A stretch of 41,786 bases of DNA from an uncultured Methanosarcinales archaeon. Lineage in GTDB: Archaea > Nanobdellota > Nanobdellia > Woesearchaeales > SKGA01. The DNA is taken from assembly GCA_964534065.1 (NCBI GenBank), contig CAZHNR010000001.1:1-41786 (forward strand), written 5' to 3'. Below, piece by piece: positions 7,886-17,834 of this stretch (positions are counted from its first letter, which is position 1; each line of letters begins with the position of its first letter). A model generated the notes under the pieces. That model was given only the letters and a program-made list of their open reading frames with translations. It was not told the origin of the DNA and did not search any database. The translations under genes were made by a program, and so were the position numbers.

Positions 7886-8698
7886 CTATGAGAAGAGTAT
7901 ATGCTCCTCTATTTTTGATAAGACATCTTCAGCTGCTAAACTCTGCTTAATCCCTTTTTTTAAGATATTTGTGTAGGCTTCTGCAGTGATAGACGTAGTA
8001 TTTTCTTGTGCTAATTGTTTTTTGAGTAATTCGATATTTCCTAGAAATGATACGTATTTTGGTTTACTGATAAATACTTCCTCAGGAATAAGATCTGCAT
8101 AATTGTCAGGAATAGTAAATGAAGGCGCTTCATGCGCTGAGGAAGATGCAAGTTCTGTTTTTTTTTCTGTAGAGACTGCTGGAGCTTTCTGCTTCTCTGC
8201 TGTTTGCAAAGGCAGTTCGTCTGGTGAAATTGGAGCTTCAGGTTGAGTGAGTTGTTCAAGTGAGGGTGGTTTTTCAGGTTCCGCCACAGAGTTACTTTCT
8301 TTGATTTCAGGTTGGAAAACCTCAGGTTGAGAGGCTTCAGTTTCAGGTGTTTCAATATGTAGCTCAGGCACCGTTTTTTCCATCGGTGGCGAAGTTGAGG
8401 ATTGTGTAGATAAAGAAGGGAGATCAAGTGGCACATCATCGTCAGTTACTGCCGGCGCAGCGGAGGCCATAGGAGTTTCAGGAACTATACTAGGAGATTG
8501 CGTAGTTGTCGTTTCAGTTACAGGAGCTGCAACAGGTTCTTGAGAAGGAAGTGGAGGCATCGTTTGAGGAGGAGTTTGCGGCGTTTTTTCAGCAGCATCT
8601 AGGGGCTCAGTTGTAGTGGTTGGAGGTGGCGGAGGCAAATCAGCAGCCGTTTGGCTAGCAACATGACGTTTTTTCTTGAGAAAATTTAGTATACCCAC
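7886..8698 (-). CDS. hypothetical Pro/Thr/Glu-rich protein with N-terminal amphipathic helix and C-terminal coiled coil (member 1)
   Basis: GTG start preceded by GAGGTG. MGILNFLKKK N-terminus, about 200 aa of low-complexity P/T/E/S sequence, then a C-terminal EEVFISKPKYVSFLGNIELLKKQL segment resembling member 2. Confidence 0.5.
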   Translation of the reverse strand: MGILNFLKKKRHVASQTAADLPPPPPTTTTEPLDAAEKTPQTPPQTMPPLPSQEPVAAPVTETTTTQSPSIVPETPMASAAPAVTDDDVPLDLPSLSTQSSTSPPMEKTVPELHIETPETEASQPEVFQPEIKESNSVAEPEKPPSLEQLTQPEAPISPDELPLQTAEKQKAPAVSTEKKTELASSSAHEAPSFTIPDNYADLIPEEVFISKPKYVSFLGNIELLKKQLAQENTTSITAEAYTNILKKGIKQSLAAEDVLSKIEEHILFS

Positions 8699-8834
8699 CT
8701 ACAACACCTCTTTTTAAAACTACATAGACGAAGTTGCTTTTAAAAGATTTCTCACCACTCTCAAAGTACGACAACGAAAATGTTCCGGAAAAAAGAGAAA
8801 TACCTACTAAAAAAGAAAAAAACGTAATCAATGT

Positions 8835-10451
8835 ATGAAATGGCAATATATACTCTTGATATGCATTGTACTGACAACTCTCCCCGGTAGTTATGCAGAA
8901 GAATTCCAAAGCAAACAAATCGTTATCGATACTGAACACGTGACAGTAACGCCACAACTCACTAGCTGTGTAGATACAGAAAAAGTATTTCGCATTGAGC
9001 GAGAAAATTATATCAGTGGGGCAGAACAACTCAGCTTTACATACACCTACAAACACCAAGGTAACGGAAACCACAGTAAAAACATTACAAAAACAATCAA
9101 CAAATATACAACAAGTAGCACTGGCAACTTCATTGCTAGCGACAATCCACAACAAATTTTCTTTAAGTATGAAAACACAAGCCTGCAATGGAATGTTTCT
9201 TGGTTGTGTGCAGTGCATAATGTGACAACTCCCCCTGAGATTTCTCCCATAAATGAAAGCGTGCAAACTCCACAAAATGATTCAGAAGTGTTACCTCCAA
9301 TACCGGAAACTAACGACACCGAAACAACAGCACCAGAAACAATCACGGAAACCCAAGTCTGTCCCAAGCAATTTGCGATAGACACTGACGCAGCACAATA
9401 TGAAAAAGGAGAAAAAATTTTATTTCGTCCCGCATTTGATAGTTCACCAGAAGAGTACAGCATCACCTACTGGATAGAAGATGCCTGGGGAGAGACTGTC
9501 AAGAAAAAAATAACTACAAACAATCAAAATGAAAAAAGCTATACACTTTCAAAATCACTTCAAGACCATAGCTATCTTCACCTTCTAGCAAAAGCCAGCA
9601 CGAACTGTGGAAACTACGCCACAGCTACAATCATAGGAATTGACGGTGAAACACAACAAGAAGTACTTCTTATTGAAGTAGAAGACGTCAAAGAACTAGT
9701 AGAGGCAACTATTCAAATTACTTCACCAGAAGAAACAAACTACAAAGTGGAACTTGAAACTATTGATAATAAAAAAATACGTTCACTTGCACAGTTAGTT
9801 GTTGAGCCAGGAAGTCAAACCACTATGACACTTCAGTTCATTCCACCAAATGAAGCCTATGCAAAAATTGTTCTTTCAGGAAAACAACGACAACAAGAAG
9901 CATATTTCGCTACAGGTAAAGAAGAAACAGTGCAAAAAGAACTTTCTCTTGTCAACACTTATACACGGCAAACGAAACTTGCTGATGACATACACTGGTA
10001 TGTTCGCAGCCAAGGTACTGCACCCTACGTTATCAATGTCAGCGCAGGCAACCAAAGTCAAAGGCAAGAAATAAGCACCGACAAAGAAATAACTTCAACT
10101 TTTACTTTTTCCGGGCTTGAGGCAAATACTACCTTCACTACCATTGTGCAAAACGACAAAGAAGAAATGCAGGAGGAAGAAACAATACTATTTACAGTTG
10201 AAAAGACATTCAAAGATACACTGGAAAAAGAAAAAGAAAACAGAGAAGAAGTCCAAGTTCCCGTAGTCACCGGAGCCGTTGTTGGCACACAAATCTCATC
10301 CAAAACAAAATTACTCGGAGGCAGCGTTCTTTTACTTGCAGGAATACAATTAACCATCTATCTAAAAAAACGATTTATAAAGGAAGGAACTTTTATAAAG
10401 CATAAGGCGTCACAAGCAACTACACATAAAGGAGCTACACGGAATGAATAA
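8835..10451 (+). CDS. secreted, C-terminally membrane-anchored surface protein (hypothetical)
   Basis: Signal-peptide-like MKWQYILLICIVLTTLPGSYAEE, Pro/Thr/Glu linker, many N-x-S/T sequons, C-terminal hydrophobic span LLGGSVLLLAGIQLTIYL followed by basic residues. Confidence 0.6.
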   Translation: MKWQYILLICIVLTTLPGSYAEEFQSKQIVIDTEHVTVTPQLTSCVDTEKVFRIERENYISGAEQLSFTYTYKHQGNGNHSKNITKTINKYTTSSTGNFIASDNPQQIFFKYENTSLQWNVSWLCAVHNVTTPPEISPINESVQTPQNDSEVLPPIPETNDTETTAPETITETQVCPKQFAIDTDAAQYEKGEKILFRPAFDSSPEEYSITYWIEDAWGETVKKKITTNNQNEKSYTLSKSLQDHSYLHLLAKASTNCGNYATATIIGIDGETQQEVLLIEVEDVKELVEATIQITSPEETNYKVELETIDNKKIRSLAQLVVEPGSQTTMTLQFIPPNEAYAKIVLSGKQRQQEAYFATGKEETVQKELSLVNTYTRQTKLADDIHWYVRSQGTAPYVINVSAGNQSQRQEISTDKEITSTFTFSGLEANTTFTTIVQNDKEEMQEEETILFTVEKTFKDTLEKEKENREEVQVPVVTGAVVGTQISSKTKLLGGSVLLLAGIQLTIYLKKRFIKEGTFIKHKASQATTHKGATRNE

Positions 10452-11034
10452 AAAAGAAATTCGAGCACACATAGAAGAAGGATATGTACGAGTTGCAGTT
10501 ATATTTGAACTTGTAGGAAAGCCAAAAAGTCACATTGAACAAACATTAAAAGCATATGTTGAAAAAGTGGCATCACAAGAAGATATCACACTCTTAAAAG
10601 AAGAATACGAAGACACGAACGAACTTGAAGAAGGCGTCTTTAGTGTTATTGCAGAACTTGAACTTCTTGTCAAAGACATGGAAAAACTTACTTGGCTCTG
10701 TCTTAACTTCACTCCAGCCTCAGTAGAAGTACTTGAACCTGACTCAAAAACACTCCAGCAACAAGAACTTACTCACTGGTTAAACGATCTTCTCGCTCGA
10801 CTTCATGAAATAGGGATGGTGCAGAAAAATCTCCAAGGACAACATCACGTCCTTGTGAAGAACTTCAATGCAATGACGCGAAATGCTCTCCTGCTTGCCT
10901 TACAACACACGAAAGAAGTGAGTGTACTAGCTAAACAAATTGGAATGGATGTTGAGCATACCAAGAAATTTTTGGAAGCCCTTATTAAAGAAGGGAAAGT
11001 GCGAGAAGAAAAAGGTAATTATCATTTACAATGA
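10444..11034 (+). CDS. hypothetical protein with C-terminal winged-helix-like domain
   Basis: 196 aa. The C-terminus (ALLLALQHTKEVSVLAKQIGMDVEHTKKFLEALIKEGKVREEKGNYHL) looks like a wHTH. Stop overlaps the scpB start (ATGA). Confidence 0.45.
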   Translation: MNKKEIRAHIEEGYVRVAVIFELVGKPKSHIEQTLKAYVEKVASQEDITLLKEEYEDTNELEEGVFSVIAELELLVKDMEKLTWLCLNFTPASVEVLEPDSKTLQQQELTHWLNDLLARLHEIGMVQKNLQGQHHVLVKNFNAMTRNALLLALQHTKEVSVLAKQIGMDVEHTKKFLEALIKEGKVREEKGNYHLQ

Positions 11035-11837
11035 ATGAACTTGCAAAAAAAATTGAAGCAATCCTCTTCGCGTCAGGAAAAGGCGTTGAAGAAAGCGAGT
11101 TGCAATCACTTACCGAAAGCACACCTGCGAAAATAAAAACTGCAGTGCAAGAATTACAAAGCTACTACGAACAGCAAGACACAAGCCTAGTTATCAGCGA
11201 GTATCAAGGAAAATGGAAACTTACAGTACGTGCAAAATATACTGAATATATTCAACGTCTAGTAAGTGAAACCGAGCTTGCACCAGCACTTCTCAAAACC
11301 TTAGCAGTAATTGCATACAAAAGTCCTGTTCTCCAGTCAGACATTGTTTCTATGCGAGGACAAGTAAGTTATGATCATGTAAAAGTACTTGTTAAAGAAA
11401 AATTCGTCACCAAAGAAGAATCTGGAAGAAGCTACATACTCAAAATCACTGATAAATTCTATAATTATTTTGACATCGAAGGAGATGAAGAAATTCGCGA
11501 AGTATTTAGTCAACTGCGAAGTCAAGAAGAACGACGCGCGGCGATTGAAGAAGAAGTCAAAAAAGAACAACAACAAAAATTAGGTGGTCTAGAAGTTGTT
11601 GAAGCGGACGATAGCACCGATCATGAAGGAATTTTTGACTCTCCAATTCGAAAAGAAAAAACACAAGAAGAACGAAAAGAAGAAGAAGAATTTCTCACCG
11701 ACATTGATAGTCGAATTACACAATTAGCACAACGAGTAGAATCCCAAAATATTCCTCAACGTAATGCTGAACCTGTCGAAAAAACAGCAGAAGATGAGCC
11801 TGAGGAAGAAAAAAAACCTGAGGAAGATTACTTGTAA
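11031..11837 (+). CDS. scpB: segregation and condensation protein B (ScpB) with long acidic C-terminal extension
   Basis: N-terminus ..KIEAILFASGKGVEESELQ.. and the second wHTH (LKTLAVIAYKSPVLQSDIVSMRG) match the ScpB pattern. The last roughly 100 aa are Glu/Lys-rich. Confidence 0.75.
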   Translation: MNELAKKIEAILFASGKGVEESELQSLTESTPAKIKTAVQELQSYYEQQDTSLVISEYQGKWKLTVRAKYTEYIQRLVSETELAPALLKTLAVIAYKSPVLQSDIVSMRGQVSYDHVKVLVKEKFVTKEESGRSYILKITDKFYNYFDIEGDEEIREVFSQLRSQEERRAAIEEEVKKEQQQKLGGLEVVEADDSTDHEGIFDSPIRKEKTQEERKEEEEFLTDIDSRITQLAQRVESQNIPQRNAEPVEKTAEDEPEEEKKPEEDYL

Positions 11838-11838
11838 A

Positions 11839-11988
11839 ATGCTTCTTGTTCTTCGTTGCCCAAACTGTCATCAAAGTATGAAATATGAGTCGCGCGGTGA
11901 AGCAATAGGTAAGACTAAAAAATGCGTGTATTGTGGAAAAGGATTTGTGGTCAATAGAGACCGTATAGACAAGTTATTAGCCAAATAA
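11839..11988 (+). CDS. small zinc-ribbon protein
   Basis: 49 aa with CPNC...CVYC. ATG 11839 lies 2 nt after the scpB stop. The longer track ORF overlaps the scpB tail. Confidence 0.45.
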   Translation: MLLVLRCPNCHQSMKYESRGEAIGKTKKCVYCGKGFVVNRDRIDKLLAK

Positions 11989-12029
11989 CAAGAGAAACAT
12001 TTATAAGCAAAACAGAGTTCTATCAAGTT

Positions 12030-14495
12030 GTGAATAACGACGAAAATCAACCTTCCGTTAACGGAGGAAAAATCATTTCTGCAGTCATCGAAGATGAGAT
12101 GAAAACGGCCTATCTAGACTATGCGATGTCCGTTATTGTAGGGCGTGCACTGCCTGATGTTCGTGATGGTCTTAAACCTGTACATCGTCGTATTATGTTT
12201 GCAATGAATGAGATGGGAATTACATTCTCTAAAGGTTATAAAAAAAGTGCACGTATTGTAGGAGAAGTACTTGGTAAGTACCACCCTCATGGCGATAGCG
12301 CAGTATATGACAGTCTTGTGCGAATGGCACAAGATTTCTCTTTACGATATCCTCTCATCAAAGGTCAAGGAAATTTTGGTAGTGTTGACGGCGATAGAGC
12401 GGCAGCAATGCGTTATACCGAAGCAAAGCTTTCCAAAATAAGTGCTGATGTTCTCGCAGATATTGAAAAAGAGACAGTTGATTTTACGAATAACTTTGAT
12501 GAAACACTCAAAGAACCAAGCGTGCTTCCAACACGTGTACCAAATCTACTTATTAACGGTTCCAACGGTATTGCAGTGGGAATGGCAACTAATATTCCAC
12601 CGCATAATATGACTGAAGTTATTCATGGAACTATTGCATTGCTTGACAATGAAGATATTGAAATTCAAGAACTTATGGAACACATTACCGGACCTGATTT
12701 TCCCACAGGAGGAACTATCATCGGGAAAAATGGACTGTTGAGCGCATATCATCATGGCCGAGGAAAAGTAAAAGTTCGTGCAGTCATGCATGAAGAACCG
12801 GTACGAAACAAAACAGCAATCATTATCACAGAAATTCCTTATCAAGTCAATAAATCCGCATTGCTTGAACAAATTGCAGACAATGTCCGTGACAAACGTA
12901 TCGAAGGAATTAGTGACTTACGAGATGAAAGTGATCGGACAGGAACACGCATCGTTATTGAGCTAAAAAAAGATGCAAATATTGAAGTAACAAAAAACCA
13001 ACTCTACAAACACTCACGATTACAAACCACTCAAGGGATCATATTTCTTTCACTCGTAAACAAACAACCAAAAGTCCTCAATCTTAAGGAAATGCTCGTT
13101 TACTTTATCGAACACAGAAAAGAAGTTGTTACGCGAAGAACTCAATACGATTTGAGCAAAGCAGAAGCTAAAGCGCACATTCTTGAAGGACTTACTATCG
13201 CACTTGATCATGTCGATGCAGTTATTGCACTTATTAAAAAATCAGCTTCAACACAAGATGCTCGTGACGCGCTACAAGCAAATTATTCCTTATCTGAAAA
13301 ACAATCTCAAGCAATTCTTGATATGAAATTACAACGCTTAACAAATCTTGAACAAGGAAAAATCCGAGAAGATTATGAAGCAACTATCCAACTCATTGAA
13401 GAACTCAAAAGCATACTTGCAAGTACAGATAAAATTAAAGACATCATCAAATCTGAACTTCAAGAAGTACTTGAAAAATACGGTGATGAACGAAAAACAT
13501 CTATCAGTGAACTTGACGATGAAGGTATTGAAGATGAAGACCTTATCCCTCAAGAAGATCAAGTCATCACCATCACCAAATCAGGGTATGCGAAACGACT
13601 CGCAATTGACACGTACCGTGTACAAAACAGAGGAGGAAGAGGAGTTATTGGCACAAATATGAAAGAAGAAGATATCGTTGAGCATCTTTTCATAGCTAAT
13701 ACACATTCCTATCTCCTTGTCGTTACAGACAAAGGTCAAGTACACTGGCTAAAAATATATAAAATTCCTGAAGGAAGTAGACAATCAAAAGGAAAAGCAC
13801 TTATCAACCTTATTCAAATGGAAAAAGGAGAACGAGTTGCAGCAGTCATTCCTGTTAAAGAATTTGATGATCAGCATTACCTTTTCATGGCTACCAAACA
13901 AGGTACTATTAAGAAAACAAATCTTGAAGCATATTCTCGTCCACGAAGTAACGGTATTCGAGGAATCACCCTTGATGAAGGAGATGAAGTTATCTCAGTT
14001 ATCAAGACCGATGGAAATCAACAATTACTTCTTGCAAGCAAAAATGGACAAGCAGTACGATTCAATGAAACTGACGCACGTCCAATAGGCCGAACAAGCC
14101 GAGGAGTCCGAGGTATTAGTCTTGCAAGTAATGATGAAGTTATAGGAATGATTCCTGTGACTGAAGAACAAACAGTCTTTACTATTACTGAGAATGGCTA
14201 CGGAAAGCGAACCAACGTAAGCGACTACCGTCTTATTAACCGAGGAGGAAAAGGTGTACGCAACATTCTTTGTAGCGAACGTAACGGTGCAGTAGCAGGA
14301 GTACGTGCTATTGAAGGTAACGAAGATATACTTCTCATTTCTAAAAACGGTATTATCATCAGAACAAGTGCCGAACAAATCAATATTATCGGAAGAAATA
14401 CCCAAGGAGTCCGAGTCATGAGACTCTCCACAGATGATAAAGTCACGAGTATCGCTAAACTCGTGCATGAAGACGAAGAACCCGATGTTACATAA
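12030..14495 (+). CDS. gyrA: DNA gyrase subunit A
   Basis: [27 protein letters not shown], active-site AAMRYTEA, repeated C-terminal beta-pinwheel blades (GGRGV/GGKGV). GTG start. Confidence 0.95.
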   Translation: MNNDENQPSVNGGKIISAVIEDEMKTAYLDYAMSVIVGRALPDVRDGLKPVHRRIMFAMNEMGITFSKGYKKSARIVGEVLGKYHPHGDSAVYDSLVRMAQDFSLRYPLIKGQGNFGSVDGDRAAAMRYTEAKLSKISADVLADIEKETVDFTNNFDETLKEPSVLPTRVPNLLINGSNGIAVGMATNIPPHNMTEVIHGTIALLDNEDIEIQELMEHITGPDFPTGGTIIGKNGLLSAYHHGRGKVKVRAVMHEEPVRNKTAIIITEIPYQVNKSALLEQIADNVRDKRIEGISDLRDESDRTGTRIVIELKKDANIEVTKNQLYKHSRLQTTQGIIFLSLVNKQPKVLNLKEMLVYFIEHRKEVVTRRTQYDLSKAEAKAHILEGLTIALDHVDAVIALIKKSASTQDARDALQANYSLSEKQSQAILDMKLQRLTNLEQGKIREDYEATIQLIEELKSILASTDKIKDIIKSELQEVLEKYGDERKTSISELDDEGIEDEDLIPQEDQVITITKSGYAKRLAIDTYRVQNRGGRGVIGTNMKEEDIVEHLFIANTHSYLLVVTDKGQVHWLKIYKIPEGSRQSKGKALINLIQMEKGERVAAVIPVKEFDDQHYLFMATKQGTIKKTNLEAYSRPRSNGIRGITLDEGDEVISVIKTDGNQQLLLASKNGQAVRFNETDARPIGRTSRGVRGISLASNDEVIGMIPVTEEQTVFTITENGYGKRTNVSDYRLINRGGKGVRNILCSERNGAVAGVRAIEGNEDILLISKNGIIIRTSAEQINIIGRNTQGVRVMRLSTDDKVTSIAKLVHEDEEPDVT

Positions 14496-14533
14496 ACAAC
14501 AAGTTTTTAAGTACTAAAGTCCAAAATTTTTCT

Positions 14534-15052
14534 ATGAAGTTGCGTGAGAACCGATTAAAAGAGAAAGGGTGGTCAGACGAGCAGATTGACCACGCTAAAG
14601 GAATTTTACGCGAAGCAGACAAGCAAAAGAGTAGCAAAAAAAAGTTACATGAAGAAATTCTTCTTTGGATTCTTTTGGTACTTATCTCTTCAGGATCACT
14701 TATCGGAGCATGGATAGCACAGCCAGTTCTGCTTCTTCTCAGTCAGACGCAAGCAATACTTGCGCTGTCAGTCATCGGAATTTTTTTCGGCCTCTTTGCA
14801 GGATGGATTGTAGCAGAACTTGAAGAACTTGAAAGTCATCATCATACGTTTATGACTATCAGTATTCCTGTTGTTTCAATAGCGAGTGCAATTCTTATTA
14901 GTCAACGAGTAAGTCTCATTATCGCAGCAAGTCCTGCTTTTGAAGCAGTGAATCACAATCCTTATCTATTAGCACTTAGTTATGCTATCGCAACAATTAT
15001 ACCTTACAGCATTATTTTGTACGTGGAGAAGAAGCGGTATGAAACTCATTGA
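14534..15052 (+). CDS. hypothetical integral membrane protein
   Basis: 172 aa with a charged N-terminus followed by about four hydrophobic spans. Confidence 0.5.
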   Translation: MKLRENRLKEKGWSDEQIDHAKGILREADKQKSSKKKLHEEILLWILLVLISSGSLIGAWIAQPVLLLLSQTQAILALSVIGIFFGLFAGWIVAELEELESHHHTFMTISIPVVSIASAILISQRVSLIIAASPAFEAVNHNPYLLALSYAIATIIPYSIILYVEKKRYETH

Positions 15053-15431
15053 ATGGACGCAAATATTTATCAAATTTCAGGACTGTATGAAAAAACAGAT
15101 TGTTTCATGCACGCCCCTGCAAAAAGGATTTTTTGTTGAAGAAAAAAAAGAAACAAAAGAATACCTTGTCCTGCCTGTTCTTGAAAAGCTCTCTTTTGAA
15201 AAGAAGACCGATAGAAAGTACGTGGTTACCTTTAATAATGAACAGAACGTCTCCTATGTCATCCAACATTGGAAAGAGCTTGTCGCGGACGCAAGCCTTA
15301 CCTTCCTTTTTGTAAACACAAAAACAAATGAAAAATGGCATCTGCACCCATCGCAACATCAAAAAATAAGTGAAGACATCACCAAGAGCCTTCACATACT
15401 ATTAGAAAGTATAGATCAACAAGAATCATGA
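15039..15431 (+). CDS. hypothetical protein
   Basis: ATG 15039 (MKLIEWTQIF..) overlaps the upstream stop by 14 nt, and its own stop overlaps the radB start (ATGA). No recognisable motif. Confidence 0.4.
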   Translation: MKLIEWTQIFIKFQDCMKKQIVSCTPLQKGFFVEEKKETKEYLVLPVLEKLSFEKKTDRKYVVTFNNEQNVSYVIQHWKELVADASLTFLFVNTKTNEKWHLHPSQHQKISEDITKSLHILLESIDQQES

Positions 15432-16129
15432 GAACAAAAATAAGTACAGGAACAGAAGCGTTTGACTGGTTGCTTGAAGGCGGATACGAAAACGAAGTGA
15501 TTACTACTATTTATGGTCCTGCAGGAAGTGGTAAAACCAATCTTTGCTTACTGTGCGCTGCAAGTTTCACCGATAAAAAAATAATTTATATTGATACCGA
15601 AGGCTCATTCTCCCTCTCACGATTCCGACAAATTACTGATGACGTAGAGAAAAAACTTGACAACATCATGATTTTTAAACCAACAACGTTTGCCGAGCAA
15701 AAAAAAGCATTTAGTGAACTACGCAAAATTAACCATGATCATACCGGTATCATCATTGTAGATTCTATTGCAATGCTCTACCGTTTAGAAATAGGACAGA
15801 CAAAAAATGTATATGAAGTGAATCGGCAACTCGGCATGCAACTTTCACTCTTAACTGAAATAGCAAGAAAAAATAACTTACCTGTCCTCTTGACAAATCA
15901 AGTCTATCAAGATTTTGAAAATAAAGAAAAAGTAAATATCGTAGGAGGCGATTTGCTCAAATACCAAAGTAAATGCCTTATTGAATTACAAAAAAAAGAT
16001 GATGGTGTACGAAGAGCAATTATTCGCAAACACCGATCAATAGAAGAAAATAAAGAAATTCTTTTCAATATAGTTAATTTAGGAATAGAAGAAGTGAGAA
16101 CCGATGAGGAAGAAAGCAATACTCTTTGA
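15428..16129 (+). CDS. radB: RadB-type RecA-family ATPase
   Basis: 233 aa, ISTGTEAFDWLLEGG.., Walker A GPAGSGKT, IYIDTEG, no N-terminal HhH domain. Confidence 0.8.
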   Translation: MRTKISTGTEAFDWLLEGGYENEVITTIYGPAGSGKTNLCLLCAASFTDKKIIYIDTEGSFSLSRFRQITDDVEKKLDNIMIFKPTTFAEQKKAFSELRKINHDHTGIIIVDSIAMLYRLEIGQTKNVYEVNRQLGMQLSLLTEIARKNNLPVLLTNQVYQDFENKEKVNIVGGDLLKYQSKCLIELQKKDDGVRRAIIRKHRSIEENKEILFNIVNLGIEEVRTDEEESNTL

Positions 16130-16730
16130 TTTTGACGGAACTATAGTCAATAGTCAACCCATTATTGATGAATTTATGAATGATCTTTATGCAACAAAAC
16201 ATATTATACTTAGTTCAGAAGAAAGTTTTGTTACCGCAGGAATGAGTATTAAAGATTTTGCACAGTGGCTAGCCGAGCATAAACGTATCACGCTCCACCC
16301 TGAAGACATTACTGTCAAAGACCCCGCATATCTAGAACGCATCGAAATGTTTCCAGGAGCAAAAGCTACATTAGCACTTCTCAAATCACGAGGATATAAA
16401 ACTGCGCTAGTGACTAACTCACCAAGAGATTATGTTGATTGGCTTCTCAAAAAGCACAATATGCTCCCTTACTTTGATACTACCATAACTGAAGATGAAG
16501 CGCTGGTTGCAAAACCTCATCCACGAATGCTAGAAATGGCTTGTGATGAACTTAAAATTGATCATCAAGAATGTATTATGATTGATGACAACGTTCCTGG
16601 AATCACTGCAGGAAATGTTCTAGGAATGATTACCATACGTATTGGAGAAAAAGGAAAAGCAACCTATGCGGTTGAGTCAGTAACAGAGTTACCGGAAAAA
16701 ATAAAAGAAATACACTTTACTCTTCAGTAA
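16104..16730 (+). CDS. HAD-superfamily hydrolase (phosphatase/beta-phosphoglucomutase-like)
   Basis: Motif I FDFDGTIV, motif II VTNS, motif III/IV K...DDNVPGI. Overlaps the radB end by 26 nt. Confidence 0.8.
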   Translation: MRKKAILFDFDGTIVNSQPIIDEFMNDLYATKHIILSSEESFVTAGMSIKDFAQWLAEHKRITLHPEDITVKDPAYLERIEMFPGAKATLALLKSRGYKTALVTNSPRDYVDWLLKKHNMLPYFDTTITEDEALVAKPHPRMLEMACDELKIDHQECIMIDDNVPGITAGNVLGMITIRIGEKGKATYAVESVTELPEKIKEIHFTLQ

Positions 16731-17316
16731 ACTGTTCTACAGTGTATTCAAATGCTTGACCTTTGTTTGAAAGTCCTTTGAATTCCATATAATACTTAGC
16801 TAAAAGATAGAATACCAAACCAAGGCTCTTCTTTCCTTTGTTATTACAAGGAACAACTAAATCTACATTATTTGCAGGATTATTCGTATCACAAAGTGCA
16901 ACAATAGGCAATCCTACCTTTACTGCGTCTTTCACTGCATTCTTATCAGGGCCTACATCAGTTACGAGCATGACTTTTCCTTCAATAAAGTTTTTCAGCT
17001 GAGGATTTGTCAGGACACCAGGAGGGTATCGCCCAGGAAAATGTTTTGCACCAGTAATTTTAGCAAACATTCGTACAGGTCTCCATCCGTTTTCACGTCG
17101 GCTTACGACGATGATTTCTTCTGGTTCATATTTTGCAAGGAGTTGAGCTGCGAGTTTGATACGATTATCAATCTCTTGGATATTCAGTACAGAAAGACCA
17201 TCACTACGAGTCTTATAGACGAATTTTTCCATATATTTTGTTCGAAACTTGGTACCGATATGGATACCTGACTTGAGATAGTCTTCTGTGGGAATTAACA
17301 AATTTTCTTCTGACAT
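16717..17316 (-). CDS. rps2: 30S ribosomal protein uS2
   Basis: 199 aa, ..YLKSGIHIGTKFRTKYMEKFVY.. is a typical archaeal S2 pattern. The 3' end overlaps the convergent HAD gene by 14 nt. Confidence 0.9.
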   Translation of the reverse strand: MSEENLLIPTEDYLKSGIHIGTKFRTKYMEKFVYKTRSDGLSVLNIQEIDNRIKLAAQLLAKYEPEEIIVVSRRENGWRPVRMFAKITGAKHFPGRYPPGVLTNPQLKNFIEGKVMLVTDVGPDKNAVKDAVKVGLPIVALCDTNNPANNVDLVVPCNNKGKKSLGLVFYLLAKYYMEFKGLSNKGQAFEYTVEQFTEE

Positions 17317-17475
17317 GTGTATTACCTAGTTTTTACTTACCTAAGCACAAAGAATACAGCTTGAAGCACCATTCTTACCCGCGCTCATGAGGTAAGGCAG
17401 TTGAAACAACAACGTTGCAGATACAGAGTATCTTATTGCCTTACAAGGTAGTAAAAGAAAGAAAGTAAAATTTAT

Positions 17476-17799
17476 TTATAAATCTTCGTCTTCGTCTTCA
17501 TCGCCAAAGCTCTCAGAATCATTTTCAGTATGCAATAATTTCTCTATTTCAGGGTCCAAAGGCTCTTTTTTAGGCTTAAAGACTTCCTGAGGAGACTTGA
17601 GCTTCTCAATAAGTTCCCCAAAAGCAACTTTTGGCAATACTTTAGTGATACGAATTTTTACAAAATCGCCTTTTTCTACACGAGGAACAAATACTACGAA
17701 ACCTTTAATTCGTAAGATTCCATCGCCTTTTTCCCCTACATTGCCAACAATGGCAGAATGTTCTTCACCTTCTTTTACAGGTGGTTTTTTATCATTCAA
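17476..17799 (-). CDS. TRAM-domain RNA-binding protein with acidic tail
   Basis: GEKGDGILRIKGFVVFVPRVEKGDFVKIRITKVLPKVAFGE is a TRAM-like beta-barrel pattern. TTG start preceded by GAGGT. The C-terminus is Asp/Glu-rich. Confidence 0.65.
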   Translation of the reverse strand: MNDKKPPVKEGEEHSAIVGNVGEKGDGILRIKGFVVFVPRVEKGDFVKIRITKVLPKVAFGELIEKLKSPQEVFKPKKEPLDPEIEKLLHTENDSESFGDEDEDEDL

Positions 17800-17834
17800 T
17801 TCAATAACCTCAAAGAAAAAGAAAATATGACCAT

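Noticed and set aside
8041-8439. 132-aa alternative-frame ORF inside the Pro/Thr-rich gene
   Set aside because: It is the same strand in a different frame of a low-complexity region. The basic, Leu-rich product is typical of frame-shifted reading of P/T/E codons.
8655-9275. 206-aa - strand ORF overlapping the start of the surface-protein gene
   Set aside because: It is antisense to a better-supported gene (signal peptide, long ORF). Its translation is Cys/Phe-rich with no features, so it is probably a shadow ORF.
17317-17475. 159-bp spacer between the TRAM gene and uS2 with several short hairpins (e.g. CTTACC..GGTAAG)
   Set aside because: The stems are only 4-6 bp with no repeated motif or recognisable RNA family. 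It is most simply the promoter and leader of rps2.
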